Of a stretch of DNA of 64,000 nt, positions 53,510 through 64,000 are shown one piece after another. The stretch lies in NCBI RefSeq assembly GCF_009914755.1, contig NC_060935.1. One strand, written 5' to 3'. This stretch comes from the human T2T-CHM13v2.0 reference genome, Homo sapiens. The notes beneath the pieces were generated by a model. That model did not search any database. It was not told where the DNA came from and worked only from the letters and a program-made list of their open reading frames with translations. A program made the translations under genes and the position numbers. The first letter of the stretch is position 1, and each line of letters opens with the position of its first letter.

Positions 53510-53680
53510 CTGGCTTTGTGACCAAGGCAAGTTACTCAACCTCTCTGATGCTGTTTCTTCCTCTTATCTCCCTGATAAAATAAAGATAACAGTACCTACC
53601 CCACAGAGTTATTGTGAAGCTTAAATGAAGTCAAGCATTTAAAGCTACTGGCATTTAGAGTTGTTCAATAAATTGAAGTT
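53510..53680 (+). mobile_element. MIR
   Basis: tgtgaccaaggcaagttactcaacctctctg...cagtacctaccccacagagttattgtgaagcttaaatga. Confidence 0.75.
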
Positions 53681-54729
53681 TACAGTTCTATCAGCGTAAA
53701 ATATTAGCTATACATAATTCGAGTTATTTTTGACAATTGAACTTTTTGGTAGCTCTGGGCTTGTCCCTTAAATTCCATTTAGTCAATTTATTTGAAAAGC
53801 TTTCTAGCATACTGAATTTTTTCCTGCTGTATAAAACTTGGCTGAATTCAGAGTCAGCATTATGATGGATTCATGTAATTTAATGAATGGATGAGATGTG
53901 TAAGATTGATTGTCCATTCACTAAATGGTCCCAGATCGCCCAGACCTTTTGTTTTGTTTTTCGTAGGTCTATTGGTCTCCTCTCTTGCTGTCAGATTGTT
54001 GTCCCTTAATTCTTACAGTTGTCGGGTTTCCCAGTTAGGTAGGGACCTAATTTGTTGTGGGCTTGAAAATGAATTAACTGAACCCATTTAAAGTGTGAGT
54101 AAACCAAGGGCATCAGACCCTGAATGAGGACCTGGGAAGGCTATGGTCTTTACCACAAACCTTGGCATCATCTGTTTTGACTTCTCAGAGATTTCCTGAT
54201 TCTTTGTGTGTTCTCATCAGTGATATGTTAGACAGACATGAAAGTTCTTGGCATATGTAGGCACTCAATAAAATTTATTAAATACATGAATGAAGAAGCA
54301 AGAAAGCATAATCATATGTATTTAATATACCATAAACTCAAGTGGTATGTATGAGGGTAAGGGTGAGGTGAGGGAATATAGAGTGAGGTTAGTTTGGCAT
54401 GTTGGAAGAGACTAATTGAGCTAAGTCTTAAAGGAAGAGAAAGATTTTGGGTGAGGATAAAGTTGACATCATGAAGGGGTATAGGAAAGAGAAAGAGTGG
54501 ATGTTCCCCTGTCCTTGCTATTCTGATGGGCTTGTTTCTTCCCAGGATGACATGAACAAGATATTTCTAAAGGATTCACTAATCCATCCATCCAAACATT
54601 TAATAGGCATCTCATGTGCTTGGTTCATTTCCAGTAGTGGGACATAGGAAAAGAAACAAGAAATAACTTCTGCATTGAGGGAGCTCTCTTTGTGACTCAA
54701 GTAAAAAAAATCTAGATATACATGATTTG

Positions 54730-55497
54730 TTTCCCTCAACCTCCAATCCATTAGAAAGTCTTATTGATTCTGACTCCAAAGTATTCCTCAACTCCATCCA
54801 TTTGCTACCATCCTGGTCCAGTGGACTTCTTGTCTGAACTATGTAATCACATCCTAAGTGAACTCCCTGCTTCCATCCTTGTCAATCCTCCATGAAGCAG
54901 CCAGAGTGATCTATTTAATCATATCAGGTCACTTCCAAACACAGAAACCTCCCATGCTTCTAGCAGCACTTGGAATAAAATCTAGTTGCCTTTCAGTGGG
55001 CTCAGGCTCTATATGATCTGGCTCTGCCTACTGTCCAAATCCATCCTGCACTGCTCTTCCCTTCAGTCACTATGCTTCAATTTCATTGACCATCTTTTTG
55101 CTCCATGAACACAGCAAGTTTGTAGTTCTGCCATCTGCCTCATGGCCTTTGCACTAGCAGCTGCCTCTTCTGGAATGTTCTTTTCCTTGATCCTGCATGG
55201 CTGTATCCTTCTCACCAATCACAGTTTAAATTTCTTCTTCTCAAAGAAGTCACCTGCAACTACCCAAATGAAGGTAGCACCTTGTCATTCTCATACCATC
55301 TTATTTTTATTCTCTGCCTAGCTCTAATTATTCTCTCAAATTATCTGGGTTTAATATTTATTTATTTCCCATCTTTTCCCACTGTCACCATGAGAGGCGG
55401 GACCTTCCCTACCTGGTTCATTACTCTATCTCAGAATGTTTATTAAGTAATACAATTTATTGCAGGAGTGAGTGAATGATGATTGAATGAATGAGTA
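54730..55497 (+). mobile_element. L2 3' portion
   Basis: cagccagagtgatct...cacttggaataaaatct...ggcctttgcactagc...gaatgaatgag. Confidence 0.78.
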
Positions 55498-56657
55498 GTA
55501 AGGGAGATAAATATGAAAAGAGATGATTACAGTATGACATGACAAATGCCGTAAAAGAGATGGGAACAAAGAACTATGGGATTCCAGAGCAGAAGACAAC
55601 AAATTCTGACAAGTATTTGGGGGGAAAATTCTTAGATTTGGATCCCCAAAGGTAATGAAAGTTCACCAGTCCAAAAAGAAAAAAAAAGGTTGAAAATGCA
55701 TTTTTCATGTCCTTTCCTGGTCTGCTGGTCAGCTGACTCTGTGTCCAATTCAGAGAGAGCTAAAGACATGACAGAACATTTTCGTACTTAAGATTTCACC
55801 TCTGTGATGCCCAGCTCATGTAAGACAGTGTCTAAGCTGAATCTAGTACTGTGTCTGCTTACCAGAATTCTAAGACTGGTTACTTCTTCCTCAAGTCTTC
55901 TCAAGATTGGATGGAAGATTTTCCTTAAATTAGTGAAGGAAAGGACATGCTTTAATTTCCTAAAGTGTTTCACATACACTTGCTTCAGATATTCCCCAGC
56001 TCTGAAGGAGGGCAACATGGATATTCTTGTTTTGAAGACAAGAAAACTGAGGAGCAGCAGGGGCTCAGTTTTAGGAGTCAGAAGCTACACTGAGTAAGTA
56101 CTTTTGCCTGTCCTCTTTTTATTGTGTGCTACAAATGTCTGACATTGCTTAACCATTCTAAAGTCCCTTTCTTGTTTGCCACCATTGATTGACCCCCTGA
56201 CTTGTCCCAAAGGTCAACAACCAATCAGATTCTCTCATGAAAATTTGAACTAAGTTCCAGAGGTTATGAGCAAATTCTATTGGGTGTTTGCACTGAGAGA
56301 TCCTGATGTAGACACTTAGACTGGCAGTCATATTAGGCCATGAGGAAGGTGAGTAAACAGAAAAGGAGATAAGGTGCATTCCCCCCAGAAGCCATAGAGG
56401 GAGTTTCTACAGTCCCTAGGCTTGTGGTTCCATTCTCTGGGAGACCTCGTTATACTCTGATTCCTGTTTTTCAATATCTGAAATTGAAGTAACCCTGTCT
56501 TTAGGTGATACTGTCAGGTTTGGGGTTAGGATCCTACATGGGTAATTGGCTATAATTTTAAAAAATAGGTCATCCTTTATTGAGGCAAAAACTGTCCTGC
56601 TGTTGGCAGTAGGTGTTAAGGTCTTTGCCACTGCAACTCTCACTTGGGATCACACTA

Positions 56658-56755
56658 TGTGTGTGTGTGTGTGAGAGAGAGAGAGAGGTGGGGGAGGGAG
56701 GGAGGGAAGGAGGGAGAGAGAGAGAGAGAGAGAAAATTAGAGAGAGAGAAACAGA
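56658..56755. repeat. (TG)n(AG)n and GGAG polypurine tract
   Basis: Direct inspection. Confidence 0.85.
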
Positions 56756-57093
56756 GATCAGAATCTCCATGGACAAGGCTCTGCTCTCCTGGCTCCTAGC
56801 ATGCAGGTGGGGACTAAGGCAAGTGGCATAATGGCAGGAGAGAAAGGTAGCTGTTTTAGAAAAATGTTCCCCAGATTGCCCACCCCTAGTAGGTGAAAAA
56901 TTGTTGCACAGAGTGTTGGGTTGAAAACATCTATAAAAATAAGACAACACCTACCAGTACTGGGCTTGGGGAAACATATGCACGTGTACCAATGACTTCC
57001 AGGCTCATGATCAGGCTACAGATTTGACCACCTGGTTGTGCCTGCTCCTTGGATTTGCCTGGCAAATCATCATCATTCCAGGAAGGGGATGTA

Positions 57094-57389
57094 TGTATTA
57101 TTCAGGGCTCTCCAGAGAAATAGAACCAATGGAATACACACATATATAGAACTCCTTCTTCCTCGGGACATCCATCTTTTTCTTAAGGCTTTCAATGGAT
57201 TGGATGAGGCCCACCCATGTTAGGAAGGATAATCTGCTTTACTCAAAGTCTACTGATTTAAATGTTAATTATATCTAATGGAATACTTTCCCCAAAACAT
57301 CTAGAATGATGTCTGACAAAAAAACAAAAACCAAAAAACCACTGGATACTATAGCCTAGACTAGCTGACACATAAAATTAACCATCACA
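57094..57389 (-). mobile_element. MLT2-family (ERVL) LTR with internal deletion
   Basis: tgtattattcagggctctccagagaaatagaacc...ggattggatgaggcccaccc...gacacataaaattaaccatcaca. Confidence 0.85.
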
Positions 57390-57439
57390 GGGGCAAAGTG
57401 GGCATATTGATAAAAGTCTGTCTCTGTAAGATATATTAT

Positions 57440-57640
57440 TGTTTACAAAGTTTGCGCTCATCCATGATCGCATCAAATCCTTATAACATCTATATGAAGA
57501 GGAATATTAACTTCCCTATTTTATAGATGAGCAAATCTAGGTTCAGAGACAAGATTACATTGCTGATGATGGTGGAGAGGGGATTTCAGCCCAAGTTGTC
57601 TAACTCAGGTCTGTGTTCTTCTAACTATATCACACTCCTT
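57440..57640 (-). mobile_element. MIR
   Basis: ctattttatagatgagcaaatctaggttcagaga. Confidence 0.65.
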
Positions 57641-59159
57641 ATGACTGGGTTCATAATGTCACTTCCCTACCATGACCCTACTGATTTTCTTCCTTGCATG
57701 GGCTCAGAGAGACTTTCTTGCAAGCCTCTCTGAGCTGACTGGCTCAGAAAGAGCATGGGTTTTATTTTGTAGCTCTGTCTTGTGAGCAGTCTCAATGGGC
57801 CCCTCTGGGACAGGGCTCAGGAGTGTAATATATGTGAATGTTTCTGAGTGAGCATGAGCTTCCAGCCCAGCTGCAATTCCCTCACCTCTGCCATCCCCTC
57901 ATCCTACAGCTGGGCCCCCTTCCTACAACCAGACCTGGAGAGGGATGGTTGGATCTGGCAGAGATCCAGCTGGGTACTGTCTGGTCCTCATCAATCCCTC
58001 CTGCTCTGACGCCAGACAAGTGTAGCTCCCTTCCTGAGCCCCAATCTCTTCCTGCATCCCAAATAGGGGCCCGGCAGCAGGATTGGCCTTCTGCTTTGGT
58101 GTGTGTCTTGAGCTCCTGTTCTAATGGGGTGTCTGTGTACATAACACCCTGAGAATGCTGGACCCACCTGGTCTTCACCAGACGGTGGTATAGAAAGATC
58201 TGCCTGTGGCTATGGACAGGCCCTGCAGCCTGGTGGCCCCTGGAGACTTTGGAAAGGCCAGGACTCTCTCCTGCCAAGACCAATAGGACTTCTTGCTTTC
58301 TCACCTTGGGCACCCTGTGTGGTGGGGCAAGTTTTGATTGGATGATAGGATCGGAGGCGGAGTGGAAAGAGAGAAATGTCCACGGTAGTGCCTCTCCAGA
58401 CATGCCTGGCCTCCCCTTTTACTCTTTGGACCTGACCTTAACTTAGGAGAGGAGAGAACATTTTTTCAGAAGTTCAAGTCTTATTTGCAGTACTGGGTTC
58501 CTGATATCCTCTCATGTGGGCACTTACGTACTAGGCCACTCCATGAAAGAGAGATAAGGGACATGGGGAGCACAAGCCTCCCAGATTCCAAAATGGCCCT
58601 GGGTAAGCTAAGAAGAATGAATAACTGTCCGGAGATGGGTAACCTTGGGGATAGGATGTGTTGCCCTCTAGGTTACAGAAGGTCTGGCTGTTAGTTGGCC
58701 CAGGGATCCTTGTTCTGCGTGTCCAAGAATCACAAACGGGTCTTGACATGGAGGCAGATTTCAGTTCAGTGTTGGAAAGAGCTTGCTGTCAACCAGAGCT
58801 CTACAATCAGGAAGGCAATAAGCACCGTCTTGGGAGCTTCAGAGAGCTCCATCCAGAGAGGTGTTTGGACACAGGCTGGACAGCTCCCTGATGGGATCCT
58901 GTCCAGGGGATTCCTGGATTTAGTGAGAGGTTGAACCAGGTGCCCGGAGGCATCTTCTGACTCAGGTTGTCCAACGATGCAGGTCTTCCTTAAAGTGTCA
59001 GGTGCGTCTGTCCCACAGAAGAAGGGCGTTAGCAGGCATGATTGGCATGTCTCTGCCTGGCAGGTCTGCCATTGAATAGCAGCAGCTCCGGAGAGACCCT
59101 CTCTCTTTCTCTGGTCCCCTAGCCTGGGAAAGGGCTCGGGACCCTGGAAGGGGACCGGG

Positions 59160-59250
59160 GTGGCGAGGCCGCCGATTGGCAGCGAGGCGCCATGTGAACT
59201 GCACTGGTTGGCTGGCGGGAGGGAGGAGGAGGCGGTTTCCCGGGTAACGG
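59160..59250 (+). promoter_or_regulatory. TATA-less proximal promoter: inverted CCAAT (ATTGG 59175-79), E-box CATGTG (59191-96), CCAAT-like GTTGG (59207-11), GC/GA boxes, RFX X-box GTTTCCCGGGTAAC (59235-48)
   Basis: Motifs read directly, immediately upstream of a GC-rich exon-like segment. Confidence 0.7.
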
Positions 59251-59360
59251 GAGGGCAAGGAGCGGCTGCAGCGGCAGCGGCCGCGGCTGAGAAGCGCGGG
59301 CCGGAGTGCAGTGCGAGACCGGCTGGAGGAGGCGGCTCCGCGAAGCCGGTGTGGGCGCAG
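59230..59360 (+). other. Probable non-coding first exon (5'UTR) of a Pol II gene; 5' splice site CAG|GTAGGA at 59360/59361; start approximate
   Basis: GC-rich and ATG-less, lies after the promoter motifs and ends at a good donor. Gene not established: the layout recalls MAPK4 (18q21) exon 1, but this is an unverified recollection. Confidence 0.65.
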
Positions 59361-59819
59361 GTAGGAACCCCCTATGCTGCCTCCCCCAGGTCGGGTCTGG
59401 CTGGACTGCCCGGCGGCGGGACCGGCCTGGGAAAGTTTGCGGTGCAACTGGGTGGGCAAGGAGGAGAGGACTTGGGGATGCTCTGTGCTGAGCTCCGGGG
59501 TCCAGAGCAGGGTGGGGACTGCCGTTGGGGAGAGGGCCGGCCCCTCATTGAGAGGCTCGGGGGCCACACCTCTGCTGCGGGACTCTGACCGAGGGCCAGG
59601 GCCTCTCAAGCCACCCGGCCGCAGCATAGATACCGGGCGAGCGGACGCATAGCCACCCGTGCGCGATGACGGCCGGCGGGCCCTTGTTCACAGATGCGCT
59701 GGGAAACTCTTCCCCAGCAGATGCGGGGCTGGGCGCCCGGCGCAGTGCTCCGAGGCTGCTCTGCGAGCTCGGGGGCGCACTTTCCCGGCCTCCAGCGACA
59801 CTGCGCACGCCCCTATCCG

Positions 59820-60392
59820 GAGTGGGTGTGTGTCCCTCTGGGCGTACGTGCCTGAGGCTGTGCCACCTCCTGTGCTTGTTCTTGTGTTTCTGACTGTCTT
59901 GTTTGCGTGTCTCTGTGGGTTCCCCTCTGCGTGATTGTGTCTCTGGGTGTATCCCCGCGTCTGGGTCCCTCTGTGTTTGCTGTTGGCATGGGTGTCTGTG
60001 AACGCCCTCTCCAGGTTCTTGTGTCTGAATACCGCTATTTGTGGATCCTTCTGTAGGCGTCTCTGTGTTTTCGGTCTGTGTGTCCTCCTCTCTGTGTGCT
60101 AGTCTTTAGGTGTATCTATGAGCGCGTGTGTTTTCTGTCTGCGCCTCTGTTTTCTAGCTACGTCTGTCTCCGAATGTAGGTCCAGTACCTGTCTGCGCGG
60201 GTCCCTCTGTGGAGGCGTGCTTCCTCGTCTGTGATCTGAGCTTCTGTGATCTGTGTATATGGATGTGCGTCTGTAAGTCTGTATGTGTGTCTGTCTGCAT
60301 GTCTGCGAGTATCTGCTGTGCTTGTGTCGGTCTGTGCCTCTTTGCTGTGCCTGTCTGTCCATACGTGTGTATGTGTTGGTGGGGGTGGTGTA
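59820..60392. repeat. GT/CT-rich low-complexity tract within the CpG island (intron 1)
   Basis: Degenerate tgtgtc/tctgtg repeats with strong A depletion on the + strand. Confidence 0.8.
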
Positions 60393-62489
60393 GGTGGATC
60401 GGATCCGAGCCAAGCCGGGGGCAACTAGGCCAGGCCTGCGGTTCCCCTGGCTCTCGCTCTCCCACGCTCCGGTTAGCTGCGGGCGGCGGGCTAGGGCGCG
60501 GGCGGGGAGGGGGCGCCCGAGCACTGGGAGCCGCGGTGCCTCCCGGGTGTGCGCTCCGCTGAGCCGGCTCCTTTCTTGCCTGCAAAGGGACTCAGGCGGC
60601 GGCGGTGGCAGCCCGCGTCGCCCAGCTGGGGCCCTAGTGACTTATTTTTGTGTGTGATCCTTTCTTTTCTTCAGGGAAGAGGCGGGAGCACGCTCCGCTC
60701 GCTCGCAGTGCACAGATAAAGGCGCCAGGGTTGGCGGCTGGGTCTGCCCTCCCTCCCCTGTGGCTTAGCAGAAGTGGCCGGCTCACGGGCTCCCTTTGGA
60801 AGCAAAAAAGCCCCTAGATTAGAAACTCAGCCCAGAAACCACCATGCCTCCTTGGTTCTCTTTCATACCTCTTATGTAACTTATTTATTGATTGATTAAT
60901 GAAAAGCTAGATTTCCAAGAAGCTCTTCTGTTTCCCCTATTGACACCAAGGGCTAATTAAAAATGCGATTTTGGTGATAAGTGTTAATTAGACCATTGGA
61001 AAGACCCTTCTTTTAGATGCACCCTTCTTTTAGAAGCTTAACTCCAGGTATAAGATGAAACAGGTCAGGCCCCCAACCCTCCAACCTTTAATCCAGATTT
61101 AAAAAACAGTTTCCCCAGTCCCGGCAGCCACTGGAGAGAGGGACAGGAGTGAGGAAAAGGCCAAAGGGGCATTGCCTGATTTTGCAAACTTTGGGAAAAT
61201 CTAAGGATATTTTGCCAAAGCTGGGCTCACAATTCCAACACCCACAGCAGAAGGAGTAAGTTATACCTAAGAAGGCCTGGCCTGTGACTTGTCTGGCACC
61301 TGGAATCCTAAATTGGCATTTAACAGGGAATGAAGTTTTACTGCAGGAAGGGACTTCAGCGGGTCCCTCTGAAGGATGCCTCTACCTCTAAGACTAGGAA
61401 GCTTTTTCCTGTACCATCTATGTACTGGGCTATATCTCCAAACCTGTCTTTAACCTCCGTCCCACCCAACCTCCCACCCCCGGGGTGGTTGCCCAGAGGA
61501 AGAAGGATTTGGGCAGATGTGGAATGGGAGTTTGAAGCCTTTTGGAGGCTGTTTGTACCAGGCAGGAAAAAGTCTTGGCAGTGTGTTCAGAAGATCTTCA
61601 GTAAGAGTGGGCTTGTCTTATGAACTTTGAGGAGAAGCCAGGGCTTGCCCTCAATGCTCCCCACTCATCTTATGGTGCAGTTTGGCCAGGCCTTCTTGTT
61701 TTTCTCCTTTCCCTTGCAGCCGCTCAGTTCTGACTTATGACACAGAGAGGAGAAGCTGCTGATCCATTGCTGCATTTAGGGATCAATCCAGCACGCATGT
61801 TCATTTCTCAACAATTCAGTTAAATGTTCCCTGAGTCCTTTCTTTCAGTTCATTTTCATTCAAGTGTATTTAAACATCCTGAGATTTCTCTGGCAGTAGG
61901 AAACCAGAGCTTTTACATCAGGGCATACTCTCTTGAAGTCCCCTCTGCCCAGTCAGGAAATAGACTGGATGTGGCAGCTAGCTAGCTGACAACAGCATCC
62001 TTGCTTCTCCTCTTTCTCCTGTGACTCTCTCCCCTCTGGCTCCAGCACAAGGACAGCAACAGCCCCAGAACTGGTGGAGACTGACTCCTAGAAAAAAACA
62101 AAAGGCTCACAGGAGGTGTTGAACATCCTCCCACTTCCTGCTGGTTGGGAGGTATTTCTGTGGCGAGAGCGTCTGTCCCCATGTGCACTTGGGGCGTGTG
62201 CGCCGGCTGGTGTGATGGGATGTGACAGGGTCTCACCCGGGAGGGAGCTCCAGCACAGGGGCCTGGCACAGAGTGCAGAGCTGTTCTCAGATACAGAGAA
62301 AGCCCAGAGCTGTCAATGAGGCAGCCCCGATGGAGAAGGCCTTCCAAGCAGGAGACCCTTTTTGGCACCGGACTTTTTTTTCTTTTATTATTATTCATGA
62401 GGAGGGCCAGTAGCTATGAAAAGTGTAGATTCTGAACTCAGCCTGCTTGGGAAAAGTCAAACAGCAGTACTCCTTCCAGAGCAGCATGG

Positions 62490-62920
62490 ATATGAGCAGG
62501 AACTTTGAAGTCAGACCTGGGTTCAAGTTTTAGACCCACACTTCCTCGCTGTGTAACTCTAGGCAAGTTACTTGACCTCTCTTATCTTCAGTTGTCTCAT
62601 CTCGAATACAAAGCTAAACATCTCTATTTGAAGCAGAGGAAGTGACACACAGCATGCCCTTAACAGAGATGTGCTGAATAAATGAATATATGAAGCAGTA
62701 GCTAGCACTAAGCATATAGCAAACATTCAGTACATGTTAGCAATTATCATTTGATCACCTATTCTGTGTTAATAGGTGATCTTGATCTTTCCAATTTTGT
62801 GTGGTATCATTCTCCTCACTTTATAGATGAGAAAACTGAGATTGGGATTAAGTTACTGGCTCAGGGTCACACAAGAAGCTGCAGTGTTGAGATTTGAACC
62901 TAGGTCTGCCTGAGTCTTTT
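62490..62920. mobile_element. Two MIRs tail-to-tail (plus ~62490-62750; minus ~62760-62920)
   Basis: gtcagacctgggttcaag...ggcaagttacttgacctctc; tttatagatgagaaaactgag...ggtcacaca...atttgaacctaggtctg. Confidence 0.75.
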
Positions 62921-64000
62921 AGTTTGAGGTTTCAATTGGATTCAGAAAAGGGTAATACGTATAGCCAGTTTGTCAGAGTTCACTTGCATTGTGGTCTGCA
63001 GCTGAAAAGAATGATTCTGAGGTTTCACCTTTGCAAAGGATCCCTTGAAGGGGCTGTGGAGATAGTGGTGGTGAGCAAAAAGCGAGTATCTACTTTTTTT
63101 CTAAAAGCTCAGCTACTTCCTGGGTCAGCAGAGGGCTTCAGTCATTCTGTCTATAATGTCACCCACTCTTGGGTATACAAGATAACCTTCTGAACATTCT
63201 GCTTCTCACTGATTCTTACCAAATTCAGAACATCTGTGACTTGGGAATTCACTTGCAGAAATCTGTTCTGGCCGAGTGTTTCACGTGTGTGGGACAAGCC
63301 TTCAATTAAGAGGGATGTACCTGTGAAGTCACATCCCCTCTGCTGCTTCTCTCCCAAGCATCTGCTAGTCCTTCTCCTCCTCCTCCTCCTCCCCCCTCAC
63401 AAGCCCTCTGTGGCCGAGTCTCATGTCCGCCTCTTAACCTGCTTTGGCACTGAGCTGTGCGGAAGCCTTTTGTGATAGGGGATGGCTTCGGCCTTATTCC
63501 AAAGTAGCCACCAGTCAGGACAGCTGCAAGGGAGGGTCTGTGGGTTTCTGTCTAGTACCCGCTGCGGCCGGATCTGGCCGCAGCTCTCCCGGAGGCTGGC
63601 ATGGCCTGAATTGTAGAATGGCTAGTGCGTTCATTACAAATGCTGGCAAGACTAGTGCCTTTTAGTAAAGAGCTCCCCAGCCCCCATTCCTTTCCTTCCT
63701 GATGGTGCTGGTGTTGGGGGAGGAGGCATTCATAATTACTTGTTGATGCATGATCTTCCTAGGATCCTCAGATATGTCCCCACCTCTTGGACTATTTATG
63801 GGAGGGTGTACCAAGTGTGAATATTTTTCTTGGTGCAGAGGTCCCTTCCTCTCTCCTCCCTCCCTGTCCCTCCGAGCTTCTGTGACGTCAGCCGGGAGGT
63901 GACTGAGTGTCTGCTCTATCTGCAGATTCCCAGGCAGGGAATGCGGCTCCATAGGCAGTTGCTTTTCGGCCCTGAGACAATCTCGGCTGCTCTTTCTCAC

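Larger units (their letters stand above)
59080..60790. promoter_or_regulatory. CpG island (GC-rich lobes ~59080-59830 and ~60400-60790)
   Basis: Abrupt rise in GC content and CpG density relative to the CpG-depleted flanks. Confidence 0.92.

Noticed and set aside
58998-59652. Long ORFs (209 aa minus, 142 aa plus) over the CpG island
   Set aside because: Stop-poor GC-rich sequence gives Pro/Arg/Gly/Ala-rich chance ORFs; no recognisable domain
61004-61034. 14-bp direct repeat ACCCTTCTTTTAGA (also a 12-bp tandem at 5291-5314)
   Set aside because: Ordinary slippage micro-duplications with no further structure

Overview
Human (primate) genomic DNA, not microbial. The first ~59 kb is gene-poor, repeat-rich intergenic sequence: Alus (including a 5'-truncated AluYa5 with no visible difference from consensus, and an AluYi6-like copy), L1PA/L1M/HAL1 and L2 fragments, many MIRs, MaLR/ERVL solo LTRs, a near full-length Tigger1, and hAT/Tigger MITEs. 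A CpG island at ~59.1-60.8 kb holds a plus-strand Pol II promoter (inverted CCAAT boxes, RFX X-box, GC boxes) and a short GC-rich, ATG-less first exon ending at CAG|GTAGGA (59360/59361). The rest of the window is the start of its first intron. I can support no intact protein-coding exon; the ORF track consists of transposon remnants, simple repeats and chance ORFs. I see no evidence of a new multi-gene system. The most unusual items are small: an ~85-bp polyadenylated, TSD-flanked retrocopy of an ERV LTR 3' end (29992-30076), an ~90-bp dispersed duplicate spanning an L1/L1 junction, a 27-bp minisatellite born inside a MIR, a direct-inverted-direct micro-rearrangement, young Alu insertions and candidate distal enhancers. 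Repeat subfamily names come from remembered consensus sequences and need RepeatMasker/Dfam confirmation.
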